In this document: piece by piece, positions 1 to 13,699 of the stretch
Layout: every line of letters begins with the position of its first letter
Numbering within the stretch: position 1 is the stretch's first letter
DNA from: Hydrolagus affinis
Lineage: Eukaryota
Length of the DNA stretch: 64,000 bases
Assembly (NCBI GenBank): GCA_012026655.1
Contig: JAAILG010000117.1
Span: forward strand, 62,001 to 126,000
Reading direction: 5' to 3'
Notes under the pieces: generated by a model
What the model was told of the DNA's origin: nothing
Seen by the model: only the letters and a program-made list of their open reading frames with translations
The model's database searches: none
Made by a program: the position numbers and the translations under genes

Positions 1-1149
1 GCTCGGTTATTCTGATCTATATGCAGAGTCCACTTAGAACGGTTCCGCTTCCCCCTTTTTTTCACAAAGCCTGTATCTCTTGTATATTATTGATTCTGGC
101 ACCAGTCAGGCCTTTGTTATGTGTTTTAACGCAGAAAGCGTTTCCATTCACTTGACTCTGTGGCAGTCTTTTTCCCACAATTTAATGCTAATAGAGTATT
201 CATTACATTGGTATTCAATTTATGCATAACATCTTTCAATTACTCTTAACTTGTGGGATTGTTTTTAAGATTGCCTCATTCCAATCTAATTCACCACAAC
301 TCTACCAGCCCTTCATAGCACTAAAGTCTGAACCATGACGGTTTCCGTAATTTACTTTGTTTTACAATGAGGGCCAAATTAACTCCCTAAAGCAAATGTT
401 AACGCTCAATGAACCAAGACTTAATGCCACTCCCTGTTGCCCAACTTTTAACCCCTCCCCTTTTCACCCTTTTTGTTTGCTTTGAGGAAAACTGGACATA
501 GCAGTAATACTTGTTAGCCTGGCATAGTTGTCTCAAAGTCAGAAGGTTGTTGCTTCAAGCCCCATTATCAGAACTGTGAACTACCTTGGAGATGTCCTCT
601 GTGAAATGCGGAAGTCGCTAAATTGAAAGCAAGAATGAACTATTACTAATTTTGTACGGTATTAGCATTGTTTGTGCTTTTATGCTGATTGGGAGCAAGT
701 GCGCCCCAACAATCCATAAATAGCATTTGTTTCTACCTTTGCTGTTACATAATGTAACGACATAATTTGGTCAACTGGGGCATTTGGGCATTTCAAGAAT
801 GAAACCATTTTCAATCAATCCCTTTTTTTTGTTCCACGGAATAATCTATGTACGTGATCCCATCTTTATCTATTGTGTTTCCGGTATCCAGCCATTGCTT
901 TAATTGGAATTGAAAATGGGTTTCAAATTACTTGGAATATTTTCCAGTTCCCCAGTTAGATTTACCACAATGGCAACTTCGCACGGACTCCGTATATTTC
1001 AAAGATGTGGATCATGTTCGTCGGCAGCTTTTCATTGCCATTACTGGCAAACGCTTCCTGTACAGTTTAGTTTCTATAGAATAGTGTAGCATCATGTTCC
1101 ATTGCCTTTAGTACTTTGCAGCTACTTTGTTGTCATAGTGTCTTAAGAC

Positions 1150-1440
1150 ACTCCCGTCTGCCCATTTGGTCTCAGATTTCCAGAATACTCACAGTATTGT
1201 TTGTTCAACGTAGCCATTCAGCTGTTTCTTAAATGTATCCAGAGTTCCGGCCTCAACTATCCTTCCTGTAACCTTTTCCAGCTGTTAATTATCCTTTGTG
1301 CAAAGAAGTACTTCCTGGTATCTGTCTTATAAATTGCTCTTCACAGCCCTGAGCTTATGTTCTCCTGTTCTGCTGCCTTGGCACATCTGAAAGTTTTTTG
1401 AAAGTTTCTCAGTCCCACCATTTAACATCTGCTACACAAC
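1150..1440 (-). mobile_element. Decayed CR1-clade LINE 3' fragment
   Basis: Reads like the reverse complement of CR1 ORF2 end/3'UTR (cttaaatgtatccagagttccggcctcaactatccttcc...gcaaagaagtacttcctgg); parallels 11400-11600. Confidence 0.55.
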
Positions 1441-2120
1441 GCTATGTTAGCTGAGAGTGTGTTTGTGTGGTCTGTGCTTGTAAAATATATGATTTCAGAA
1501 AACAGTCAGAGTCGGCGGCGAATAAGCAGATGAGACCATCTATTCTAAGCGATTTTATCTCCAGCAAAACTGCCTCGGGTGCAGTGTTACTTTAAAAACT
1601 AAAGGGAAACAGAGATGATTTTCCACCCCTGTCAAACGCTCTAACACAGATTAGATCTGAGAATGTAAAAGCTCTGTATGGAAAATAATACCAACACTGA
1701 TGGCTGGATAAAAATGTATTGTGCACCTGTAACTAATTTCTTAAAAGTGTCTGCCTGCTTCTGTCCCACTGGGAAATGGTTCCTGTGGGCTCCTTGATTT
1801 ACACTTCATAGGGGGAGCTATTGAGACTGCCTTAACAAAACGCTTCACACCGAGGCGAAGCAATGCAGTCTTCCACTTCTGCATAATAGAAGGCAGGCTC
1901 CTGCATATTTGTTGCTCTCTGGATTCAATTTATTCCAAGGAAGGGGTCTTGAGTGCTACAAGGTGGGAAATGTGTTGAATCAATGATGCTCTTATGTTAA
2001 AGAAAAACCCTGTTGCAAATCTTCTTTTCACAAAATGATGGGTTCAAAATGATGGACGGACCGATTTGTAATCATTGTCTTTCATAGATATTTCTCTCTC
2101 CCCTCTGCCCAACATTGCAC

Positions 2121-2290
2121 ATAATAATAATATTGCATTTGATATAGCATCTTCTCATGCCTTCAAGGCATCTCAAAGCACTTCACGCACAGAATATATT
2201 GTGAAGTGAATGTGGGCGAAACACAGCAGCCAATTGCGCGGAGCGTTGATCCACAAACAGTTGAGGATTGAAGTGACCAATTTATTATTT
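2121..2290 (-). mobile_element. SINE family A 3' half
   Basis: ataataataatattgcatttgatatagc...cagccaattgcgc; matches the other copies in the window. Confidence 0.75.
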
Positions 2291-4147
2291 GAAACCTTAT
2301 CTCCAGTTTCTCTGAGAGCAGCTCTAAGCCATTTTGACTGAATTGTTTGCAGTTTCCTACTATAGGCCTGTGACACTGTGAGAAATTGGGTGGATATCAT
2401 CTAAACTCAACTCACTTAAAAGTAGCAGAAAGAGGAAGTTTTCAGTCTGGGCTGTATTGTAGCTCAGTGTAAGGGCTCCATGCTTACTCACTACACAACA
2501 CACACACACACTCTCTCTGAGTTACTTTTGATGCCTATAGCACTTGGCGTCGAATAATATTAGCACCTTATACACATTGCTGCAACTATTTTGGTGAGGA
2601 CTGAAATGCCGCTGTGTTTTTGTCGCTCACGTAAGAGCTGGCACAGACTGCGCTGTTCTTGAACGTTGAGTAGCAATGGAGAAATACTCTCTGATGTGGT
2701 GTTGTGAGCCATGCCAATTTAACATTTCATTTCCAGCAACAATTTTGACATGAAAGGTAATAGAGCATCATTGAATCGTCGCTTTAAAAACAATGAACTT
2801 CCTTGCTGAGTTGGCTGATCTCAGCCAAGGGAACAGTCAGGGACCCCAGAAACTGGCCTCAATCAATGTCCTTTGGGAGGGAGGTGGGGGAAATTAGCTA
2901 TAGTTTCTATTACAGAGGCCCCAAATTTACCCCGTTTTAGCCATTTTCTCTTAACATTTTCTTTTTGCATAGAAATGTGCAAACTCTGACAATTGTGAGG
3001 ATTGATTCAGTATTAATTCAGGAAGACGGTTTAGTTAGCTACATGTTTTCAACAGAACCAGCTTCCAAATAAATATAGAATTTAAGAGATTTCAGTAGTT
3101 CAACAACTTGCATTTACATTGCATCCTTCACGCAGGGTAGCATCTCAGTGTGCTAATTCTGCACAATTTAAAATCTTTTACGCAAACTTGCCTAGCGAGC
3201 TAACATCAGGAGGTATTACCAGCCTCTAAATGCTGTCTGGTGATAATCCTACCTCTTATCAGAATGTAAACACATAATACTAATAAACCTTACATTTGAT
3301 ATAACACCTTACCGTATCATTCAGCTGCCTCAAGGATTTTATTGTGAAGTGCGGTGACTGGATACTTGTAGGCAAGCGCAGCAGCCAATTTGCGCATGGC
3401 AGTGTCCCACAAAACAGTCACAAAGTGAAGTAGATGTCAGTGGGAAGGTTTGGCTTTGATGGCTTTCATGGTTGATCAAAATAGTGGCATATACTGTATG
3501 GCCTGGAGTGAAAAAGTAAAGAATTGCGCAAGATAGCAGAGGACATCTGGCACCCATGGAGCCATACAACAGCATGGGTGAGGAGATGTTTCATCAGAGG
3601 AAGGGACTGTTAAAATTGAATTGGGTTTTTTTTTAAAAAGAAAGGAAAATTATATTTTCTGACATAGGATCCGATTTCCCAATAACCTTCAGGCTGCCTG
3701 ACGAACTATTTGCTTTTCGAACAATTTTCAAAGTGTCTGTCAGTGTGATCCGCGGTTCCAGCCAGCAGCTTTGTTTGTTGCACAGTGTGTCATCAATATA
3801 ACAGGCAAAAATGAAATCGAGTCTGTTTTTGTCTATTCAGTCAACATCAGTTCCCTTGCCTCACATCACTAAATAAGTATTTTTATAGCATCCCAGTGCT
3901 CTGAATGGGGCTCAGTTATAGAAGCAGCTCTGAAGTACATTATGGAAATAAAATCTTGCCTCGTACTACATGTTATTAGGTTTGAAATTGATGAACAGTA
4001 TTGAGCCTGTGCAATTTTGAGAATCTAACTGAAAAAAAACCATCATTGCCTTATATACAAAGAGTGTGGGAATGGTGATTTTTGCTAATCAGTGTAAGAT
4101 TATTTATCCTAACTGCTTTTTCTCTCAGTTAATTCGCAAGTACTGCA

Positions 4148-4470
4148 ACAATAATACTTGAATGTGATATAGCGCCTTATCACACCGCAGTGATTCACAG
4201 GAACACGCCATAAAGGTATGTGACTGTGTACTTACTGTGGCCAAATGCAACAGCCAATTTGCGCAGTGTCCCACAGGCAGCCATGGAATTGGATGGCTAA
4301 TTTTATTTGTGGGATTGTTAGCCAGGACACCAGGATAAACTTCTCTATTCAAATATGAGATTGTTTTTAGAACAGACTGGTGGAATCTTGGTTTAATGCC
4401 TCGTCTGAAAGACAGCATCTCCAGTCAATTCAGCACACCCCCCAGCTCTGCATCAGTGTATCAGTGTAGA
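4148..4470 (-). mobile_element. Deu-domain SINE (SacSINE1-like)
   Basis: tatagcgccttatc...cagccaatttgcgca...gccaggacaccagg...ggtttaatgcctcgtctgaaagacagcatctcc...gtgtatcagtgtagac, the reverse complement of the SacSINE1-type body. Confidence 0.7.
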
Positions 4471-5331
4471 CTAGAGAAAATTGCCAGAGCCCTTATTACC
4501 ATTGTACCGCTGTTTGCACATTGAATCCCTGTGGTTGGAGATGGTTGAGAGCTTCTCCTTTGAGCACAATCCTGCTGATCATTATTATCCATGTGTGACT
4601 GTTTGAAGGGGAATAATAATGAGAGGAAACAGACTTGTTGTTTGTCTAAAGTGGGTTTTATCCTGCAATGCAAAGAAATAATTCAATTGCAGAAAATTGA
4701 TGTCCAATCCAGTCTGGGAGCCAGCATTGCAGTAGCTTTGCTCTATATCATGTAGTCTTGTGTATTGTATAATGTTGTTGAATTCTAAAGTGGCAGTTCT
4801 GGGAATTAAAGTTTTCTAGCAAAGCTAATGAGATCAGCCTTTCGTCACCGAACACGCTTTATTTCATCTGGCTTAAAGTTTATGTTTTCTGAAGTAGAAG
4901 TGAATCTCAGCAGTGCTTAGTTGCTGTGCTCTTGTCAATGATCCCTACACTCTTTTGCTCCTAATTCCTGATAATAGGAGTTTGGGAGTAAAAGGAGGTA
5001 AAACAGCCAAGTGTCTGCAGCTGATATCAACTATCACCCCACAAATTGACTTCCAAACAATGGCCATCATTTCATTTTAGAGCGAGTGTGAGGTGCAATC
5101 TATATTTCTGAGCTGTGTTCTAATTATTACTGTAGTCATGCTCACAACTTCAGAAGCCAAGGCATGCTGTGACTGAAATACAGTTAGTCTGTCAGGCAGC
5201 CAAATATACTTTGATGTGAAGCAGCCTATGGGGAGTGCCAGCTCATGGATCAGCATTGAGTTGATTTTTTTTATATAATGGAAAGCAACTGTGTGCATTT
5301 TGTGGTAAGTATACAAATTACAGTATCTGCA

Positions 5332-5400
5332 TACACACATGCGCGCGCGCACACACACACACACACACAGACAGATGCACAGACATATACATGCAGACAC
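5332..5400. repeat. Compound (CA)n/(CG)n alternating purine-pyrimidine microsatellite
   Basis: tacacacatgcgcgcgcgcacacacacacacacacacagacag. Confidence 0.9.
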
Positions 5401-5669
5401 AGGATAATTGTTCAGGTTGGAATAATAATGGCGTTGATGTCACAAGAAGCAGGCAATGTGGTTTGTTCAAAATGCTCAGCATTAAACAGAATTGATGGTG
5501 CTTATATTTCTGTTTTAATAGAATGCTGGGGATAAACATTGCAGTGCGAGAAATGTGTGTTTACTGTGGAGCGCTCAATCTAGTTTCCAGGAGCCTTCTG
5601 GTTTGAATTTTGAACATCACGCTGCAGGAATTCCTCAAGAACTGAGGGAGGAGGCCAACGCTTGATCCA

Positions 5670-5890
5670 AAATAATAGCATAAATCTAACTGGAATTGTT
5701 TGAGGAGGCAACTTGGCTGTCGAACATGGACTCCGTGGATATAATTCACTCGGATTTTCAGATGCCATTTGATAAAGTTCCACATTGGAGTATTTAAACA
5801 GGGGGTTAAAATGTTTCATTTGTGGTCATTTGGTTATTTGGGTTGAAATCAAGTCTGTGGTTACAAAGCATATGTCAGCATGTTAAATAC
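5670..5890 (+). mobile_element. Decayed CR1 reverse-transcriptase fragment
   Basis: gtggatataattcactcggattttcagatgccatttgataaagttccacat = VDIIHSDFQMPFDKVPH, a degenerate form of the CR1 VDVVYLDFQKAFDKVPH motif. Confidence 0.65.
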
Positions 5891-6667
5891 TCATCAAATG
5901 TACTACCACTTGCTGACAGGATCAATGAATGGATAAATAGAGAGAGAGTTGGGGTAATGGTTTATCTGGGGGGGAAAGACAAGCAGAGTTGTGAGGGAGG
6001 TGTCGCTTACAATATAAACTGTGATGATGATATTTAACTACAGTATGTGCCTAACTAACATAAGGAGGATCAATGATGTTCAACACGTTCTGGACCAAAC
6101 ATATGGACGAAGAAGCAACAGATGGACTTTTCAAAGCAGATAGATGTAAGCTAGTGCTTATGAATGAATCAGAAGGAGAGAACAAAATAACAGAACCAGA
6201 GAAGGTAAAGGATTTGAGTTGGACGTGTGGCCATTCCCTGAAAGTTTCACATCCAAGCTGTTATCGAAACAAAGGTTAGTCGATTTCTAGGCTGCATTTG
6301 ACTGGCTTGTGAGGGTGCATTTGGAATGGTTATACAGGTATGGGCACCATACATTGATATGTTGGAAAAGATTCATAAAAGGAAGATCAGACTGATGTAG
6401 AGGCACATTATAAGCAGAGGTTTGCAAAACCGAATTCAGATTCTGATTCAGACTCCAGATCAAGCTCGATCTCTCTGTGCTCCTCACTAATTTCTTGAGG
6501 CTCAGTTGGCTAGACTAAACTGGCTTAGGATAAACATTGATTGGGGACTTTCATACTTTAATCTGACTTGCTGGAGTAACAAGTACATCTAGTGGAGGTT
6601 CTTTTGCAAGTACAGGCCTTTTTGTTTGTTCTCCCTTCTTTTTGCCACACAATTATACACCCAAGTC

Positions 6668-6691
6668 TATATATATATATATATATATATA
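6668..6691. repeat. (TA)n microsatellite
   Basis: tatatatatatatatatatatata. Confidence 0.95.
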
Positions 6692-8772
6692 CAGACTGCT
6701 GTTGCCATTATTTGCTCATTGATTTTATGTCTGAAAATTAGACACTTACTTTTGCCTGACTTTCATTTCTGCCATGGTCAAGGTAAGCACCTGCTCATTC
6801 ACAAGGAATTTCAGAGGGAAGTGGTGGACATGGTTAATGCGGGTGAAATGGCAATTCTATAGATTATTTTTCGTATAATCTATTCTTTATATAAAATAAG
6901 AGTGGTAGGATTGCACCACTGAATTAAACTTCAGAATAACTAGAAAGCCCCTTATAGCAAGACATGAAAACTCACAAATTTGATTGATCTTGAGTGCAGA
7001 GCATATGATCAGCCTTCCTGTGACTTGAGCTCTAAACTCGAGATGAACAGAGCTGCTTGTGTTGCACTTTAATAGTGCTTTGCATTCTCTAGACTTTCAG
7101 GAAAAATTATGGTGCATGACTCTGAATGAGCGCTTAAGCTATCCTAGAAAATGCCTTTATTGTTAGTCGCTTGCAGGACTGCAAACATTGATCATGTGAA
7201 AGTTAATCATGAAAGATTGCTTCTTGAACAAACCCCCCCTCTCGTTTGTGACCTAACTTTGAAATCATTGTTGAATAAAATTGTTCACTTCTTGCTTGCT
7301 TTAAATACATTAGGGTTTGTCAATGTGCTGCTTAACAACAAGCTATTTGATGATCACTTACATACATCGCTAAGCATGTAGTTCTCATCATTGAGTGCTC
7401 TGTTTCGTTTATAGGCTAGACACAGCAAAATCAGGCAACTATGCATATCAGTGAGGGAATGAGTGAACAAGCCTCAAGTCAGCCTTTTCAGCACTAACAG
7501 AACCTGATTTCAAAAAATGTGTCTTTTGCTTGATTCAGCATGTCTAGCATTGATGCAGATCTGTACATTTCCAAAGGTAAAATGTACAAAGCCAAAAAAC
7601 ATCCATTGACTCGTGATAAGGTTGGAATAAAAAGACATGCATTCTATACTGGATGTATTTTTGATGCAGGCTACTAATGCATTCCTCAAAAGAATTATGT
7701 CACCCAACCTAACCTTTCTGAACACTTGCGAGCTGGATGCAGGCCGCTAATCTGTTCCATAGAAATTAAGGTTATTTTCTGTTGAAAGACAAATACACAC
7801 ACAAAACAGAGCCAGCGACACAATTCAACAGAGCGATGTTGTGATTCCACCATGTTTTAAGTAAGGCAAAGCTGACCCAAGCCTGAACTGTGCAAAATAG
7901 ACTTTCACTTTATAGCGGACCAAAGTAATCTGTACATTTGTGAGCTTTTATAATCAACCTTCAAAAAGGGATGCTTTTCAAATTCTGTTCAGTTTCAAAC
8001 TGTGTCACACTGATTCGTTATTACCTCGTTGATTTCATATTCATTTTCACAAACACAGTTTACAGGAATACACCAGCAGGCATTGCCCACCAATAGCTAT
8101 TGTTTTGCTGTCTTCATTTGTAAAATATATTCAGGGTTTAGTTTCTTTAAATAATTCTACAAATGGCTTTATTATGAAGGCCGCAAGCTTACAGTAAACG
8201 TGATTTAACGTGAGTACATAGACACGAACAATTAAACTTACTGATGTAATCATTTTGCGATCAATTAAAAGAGAGGTTGAAGGCACACCAAAATGTTTGT
8301 ACTACAGACTATGGGCTAAAATTTGCTCCCATGTTGAAGAGCAGCCGAGGATTTCTGTTAAAGCAGCAGCAAATCCTCTAAAAGGTTCCACTCGATAGTT
8401 CTCGAAAAGGCCTTTGCATTGAATCAAAGGACATCAGTTCTTTCTAATGGCTAATGTTGTGTTTACGCATATCATCGCACATCATTCGAACATCTGTTTG
8501 GCTAAGGCAATGAACTTCTCACCAGCCCATGAATGTGACCATAGAATTTCTGCTTTTTTCTTCGATCATATCTGATGGAAATCCTTGCTTAACATTGGGA
8601 ATGGTTGAATCGCTAACGTTGACGATTTAGCTAAATCTATCCTTGTTTTGTGCATCGTAGTACTGTTGAGCAGTGTTGACACATGCTCGGATCCTCAAAC
8701 TGTGCTCTGTATTTAAGCAACACATTGGCTATGAGAAAGTTGCTGTAGATGCAGCTTTAGCAATGCAATTAG

Positions 8773-9045
8773 TAATAATAATAATCCTTGCATTTGAATA
8801 ATAACCCTTGCATCTTCTAGACCTCTCAAAGAGCTTCACAGAATATACTGCAAGTGAAATGACTTATGTCTGTGGGCGATAAGCGGCAGCCAATTAAACT
8901 AAACAGTTGTGGGATGAAAATGACCAATTTATTATTTTTTGAGGGATTATTATCAGGCGTTGGCGTAAGGAAACTTGCCCTAGAATCAAACCCTGGTCTC
9001 TCACTTGCAAGGCGAGTGCTCTAACCACTGAGCTGTGGGATTCCA
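8773..9045 (-). mobile_element. SINE family A (tRNA-Ala-like head, L2-type (TTA)n tail), near full length
   Basis: Head cacttgcaaggcgagtgctctaaccactgagctgtggga (reverse of A-box/anticodon arm); tail taataataataatccttgcatttga. Confidence 0.85.
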
Positions 9046-10949
9046 TATGGAAACGCATATCAAAGCGCTTCACAGGATTTCACTGTTGGTACATTCAGAC
9101 AAAGTTTTCGCATCCATTTGCAGACTTACCCTTTCTTTTAGTCAACGTGTGGTAGAATAGCAACAGGACAATCATGTCAAGAAGGATGTTGCAGAGCATG
9201 ATCATTGATAACTATATAATCCAGCCGACCAAAGTCAACAGGAGTAAACCAAGAATATCACCCAGGGTACAGTCAAATCTGATTATTCTGAGCTCTGAAT
9301 TGAAAGGCTGTTACTCCCAGCATGTAAATCAGACTTTTGTTTTCACAATTATGTGCAATTAAAATTATGTTATGTTTCCAGCATTGAGGAGAGATTAGCA
9401 TACCAGGGCAATGATAACGTCTTGGAAGTAAAGTCCTGTCTGCTGGCGGACTGTTTCCTGTCCAACTTCATTCCACTTCTCAGTGACCTGGCTTGGTTAC
9501 CCCAACTTGTCTCTCTCTGGTCCCTGATTGTTGATCTGACTTTAATGCATTTCTGCCCTGAGTGGCTGAAAAGTCTTTGCCAAAACTCCAGCTTTTTAAC
9601 ATCAATAGTAAGTGTCTGGAGGGAAACGGCCATACGCTTTCAAATTCATGAAACAAAAGAAGCAAAAGCAGTGTGGTTGGGTGGGGTGGTGGTGGGGGGC
9701 GGTGGGGGGGAGAAAAATGCCTCGTTGGCAATTTGACATTGGATTGGAATATGGAGAGTGCAGTAAAAAGGGTCAAAAGTCAAACATTGCACATTGCTAC
9801 TCTCCCTCTCACCAACTTCTGCATAAAGACGGTCTGCTAATGTGTGGCAGCTTTCCCCTTGAGTTACATTTTTACTGCATCAAAAATTCACCACAGAGTC
9901 AGTTTTTCAGCATTGAGCAAATGTACAGCCCTTTCTCCTCTATCCTCTTGTGAATTAATGTTCCCAACTCACTATCGGGCAGCACAAGGTTGATTTTTCC
10001 CTCTTATTGATAGGGATCATCAGACATAAAGCTTTGTTCCCTGTGGTTCCTTAAATCAGTGGATATTTAGTCTCATACGTCCACACAAGGACCAACAAGC
10101 TTATTATGAAAGGAAATCACATATTTAGCAGATTTCCTGGTCTTCTGTTAGATTGTATTCAAATGATGGGATGTTTCCTCACTCCTACTCTGTTTCGGTG
10201 CTTTCTGAATGAATAATACGGTTTTTTTCTTCCCAAAGGTTTTTTTTCTTTCAAACAAAAACTAAAACCGTGATTTAAGCAGCACATAGGAAGAGAACTA
10301 TGGAAGGAAATTATACCTTTAACCCTTTTATGTGGTAGCAGTTGCCAGGGATATTTTAATCCGCTTTGTGTTTCAATCTTTTCCTTATTCTATTTCGGGA
10401 AATCTCACTCTATGCAGGAAAGAGGCATGAATGAAAAGCCTAAAATCTACATTATATACTGTTGTTATCTTAGATTGATATCACGGTGGATTCATTGCTC
10501 ATCTGCCCTGGAGGCATTTAGCTGTATGTCACTGCATCTGAAATAACTTCACCTATCTTGTGTATTAACTACAAGATTAACTAATAAACTTACTGCTGAG
10601 TGGGTTGTGCAGTTTACAATTTGAGCTTGATTTTTGAGGCTTTTAGAGAAATGTCTTAATGCTGAAATGAAATGTTTTAATCAATGTAAAATAATCTTGC
10701 TGCATTTTGTGTGACAAGATAAAGCTGCCTGTGGGGGAAATTGTTCAGGGAAGGTAACAACAGAGATGTACAGTATTTGTTTTTGGCGATCTTACCCCAA
10801 GGGCAAAAGATTTTTAAATCCTTATGTTTGATACAGTGCCTTTTCACATCAGCAGGATTCTCAAAGCGCTTCACAGGATGTGCTGCAAAGTGTAGTGGCA
10901 GCATATTTTGTAAATGGATGCAGCAGCCAATCTTTCTTTGAACAAAATT

Positions 10950-11170
10950 CTTTCCTTCAGCCACTATGCCCCAAGGCTCTGGAACTCCCTTCCTCACTCC
11001 CTTTGGCTCCTATTTTCAGGTCTCACCTAAAGATCTTTCTTTTCGACTGCGCTTTCAGTCACCTTCTTCCCCCTCCCCCAGGCTCGGCCCAGGATCCAGT
11101 ATTGGGAAGCGCTCTGAGACGTCGTTTGGCGTGGAGTGAGGGCGCTATATAAATCCAAGTTGTTGTTGTT
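10950..11170 (+). mobile_element. L2-clade LINE 3' end (tail type 1: ...ggcgctatataaatccaag(ttg)n)
   Basis: ccttcagccactatgccccaaggctctggaactccctt...ctaaagatctttcttttcgac, the L2 AFS..AP.LWNSLP...LKT.LF motif. Confidence 0.85.
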
Positions 11171-11239
11171 CCTGTATCTCTCTCCTATAATACGATGCAT
11201 CATAATGAAGTACGTGCGATAGGACATATTCTGATCATA

Positions 11240-11800
11240 TCACAGAATCGTAGAATTTTACGGCACAAAAGGAGGCCATTCAGCACATCTAGTCTGTGCC
11301 GGCTCTTTGAAAAGAGCAACTCAATCCCACTGCCCAGCTCTCTCCATAACCTAACAGACTTGTTCTCCCTAAATAAAGATCTAATTCTCTTTTAAAAGTT
11401 GTTATCGAATCGGCCTCCACCACCTTTTCAAGCAATGCATTCCAGATTCCAACAGCCCGCTGAGTGAAAAAATTTCTCCTCAGCTCCCCTCTGTTTCGTT
11501 TTGAACTATTTTAAATCTGTGACCACGAGTCACAGATTCGCCCACCAGTGGAAACAGTTTTTCCTTATTCACCCTGTCGAATCCCCTCATGATTTTATAA
11601 ACCTCTTATTAGGTCTCCTCTCAACCTTCTCTGTTCTAAAGAGTATAAACCCAGCCTATCTAGCCTTTCCTCATAACTGAAGTCCCTCAATCCTGGTAGC
11701 ATTCTAGTAAACCCTCTTTGCACCTTTTCCAATGCCTTAACATCCTTTCTGTAGTGTGGTAACTAGAATTGGACACAGTACTCCAGCTGAGGCCTAAACA
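11240..11800 (-). mobile_element. CR1-clade (HER1-like) LINE 3' fragment
   Basis: Minus strand translates [62 protein letters not shown] (CR1 ORF2 C-terminus), followed by the typical 3'UTR. Confidence 0.92.
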
Positions 11801-11914
11801 AAGTGATGAAGAAGCATGTGCTGTAATGGTGTTTTATCAATAGGACTCACTGAGCACTATTTTATACAACACAACGCTGATTGTGTTGATCCAATGAAGA
11901 GCTGAATCCTACAA

Positions 11915-12250
11915 AGCTGGATTGCGCTCAATTAGCTGATCTCAGCTGGAGTGGAGCCAGAGCCATTACATTTACCTGTGGCCCAGCATCTGAACCAACA
12001 TTCCAGCTTCTTGTTGCCCTCCAGTAACCCTTGCTGGAGGTGTGGATGTCTAGATACAGGGTGAGGACAGGATCAGGCTTGGCTGTAGTATCTCCAAAGT
12101 TGAATTGCCTGCTGGCTGGTCACAGACATGGCTCATACGTGAATAATGGCAACTTGGATGCGAGTTGAGATGGTACATTGCTGTCTGTGTAATGGTTTCT
12201 TAGTAGGAGAAAGTAACTGGTGGGTACACGTGCAGAGTAGGAGGGGAAAA
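11915..12250 (+). mobile_element. Ancient SINE-like repeat (family C)
   Basis: ttagctgatctcagc...ccagtaacccttgctgg...gggtgaggacaggatcaggcttggctgt...gaataatggcaacttgg; related segments at about 2805-2900, 22530-22800, 36095-36260 and 53640-54080. Confidence 0.55.
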
Positions 12251-12944
12251 AGTAATTGTTCTAGGTCTTGTTTAGACCGTTGTTGTGCTCTTTAGTTTCC
12301 TGCACTTTCCTAAACATCAGACTAAAAAATTGAATTGGGGAAAGTCCAAAATGCAGGTCTCCAACCTTATTGTGCTGACCAGAGATCAGGATGTAGGGTG
12401 GAGAAGAGAGAGGGCTCGACGTGGTGAAAAGTAAGTGGAAGTGAAAAAAGTAAACTACAAAAAAAAAACTAGACTTTGAAAGAAACAAAAACATGCATAA
12501 TAATAACAGTGAAAATTTGCTGTGCCGTTCCTAATTTTGCCCTTATCCTCCATGTCCTTTTAGTGAGCATCTCTCTTCTTCTGACTCATTTCCTTCCCCC
12601 CACTCTTAACACATTTCCTTTAAGGAACACAAGATGGGTGTGAGACCTACAGATTAACCCTGCACAAGATCAGAGAGCCACCCGAAACATACTGGGGGTC
12701 TAAATTATGCCAATTGTCATGTCTTGAGAAATCCCATAGAATTTTCAGCAATTCCCCGGAGCTCAGGGAGTAGATTGTTTTGGAGTAGATTTCCCATTTG
12801 GCAGTGTGCCCTACTTCTAGTTACCAGCAGGAAATCCATTCCCCTTTAAGAAATCTCATTGTAGACCATGCATAAATACGTTGGAAAAATAAACAATGAA
12901 AGTAATTGCTGTAAACTGTGATGCCATAAGTGGCTTCATCAATT

Positions 12945-13058
12945 TAGCCCACAAATATACAGTCAATTCACTTCGCAGTATATTTATTCTGTGAAGCGCT
13001 TTGAGACGTCTAGAAGACATCTTTGCATATATCAAATGCAAGGATTATTATTATTACT
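12945..13058 (+). mobile_element. SINE family A 3' end
   Basis: gcccacaaatatacagtcaattcac...gtgaagcgctttgagacgtc...atcaaatgcaaggattattattatt. Confidence 0.8.
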
Positions 13059-13699
13059 ATCATGTTTAGAGGACCAAGAAGCTTGCTACAGATGTGACTT
13101 GCACACCGTGGTTTACACTACAAAGTTCAGATATATATGTTGTACAATGCACTTTGGGCTACAGAGCTGTAACACAAAAGCATTTTCACTGTTGTGTAAA
13201 TAGCTTGTGCCATTCTTGATTTGAAGCAACCCACTGGATTCCTGATACTTCCTATTGTTAATTACCAACAATGCTCCGTACACAAATCTTACATCCATCG
13301 GTTCATTGGTGGGTTTCCATGCACAGAAACTAGCTTTGTTTGGTGCATTTGACCATCTGTGATCTCCACACTACAGATTAATGAGATATATAGAAATAGA
13401 AATATGCATAAGACCTTCCTGAATTATGATCTAACAGTGGGATTTTTCTCTCTACTGGGACCTTCGGCCTTTGCATTGCCCATTCAAGCCTCCTGGGCTC
13501 CAGCCCCCACTGCTGGCCTATGGTTACAGAGGGTTGGCTGAATCACTGGTCCACGAATATTAAGAAGAAGCTGTTGGTTACTTTCAAAGCTGTCATTTAA
13601 GCATTTATTTTATTGACCATTTATGCTGATGTCAGATGTACATATAGATAAATGGCCTGCTGACAAAACTTCCAATTTTGGATACTGTTATTGAGGTGT

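Noticed and set aside
11803-11887. Box C/D snoRNA (GTGATGA ... CTGA ... CTGA)
   Set aside because: Only a 4-bp terminal stem, no C' box and no recognisable rRNA guide; it abuts the truncated end of a CR1 fragment. Probably chance.
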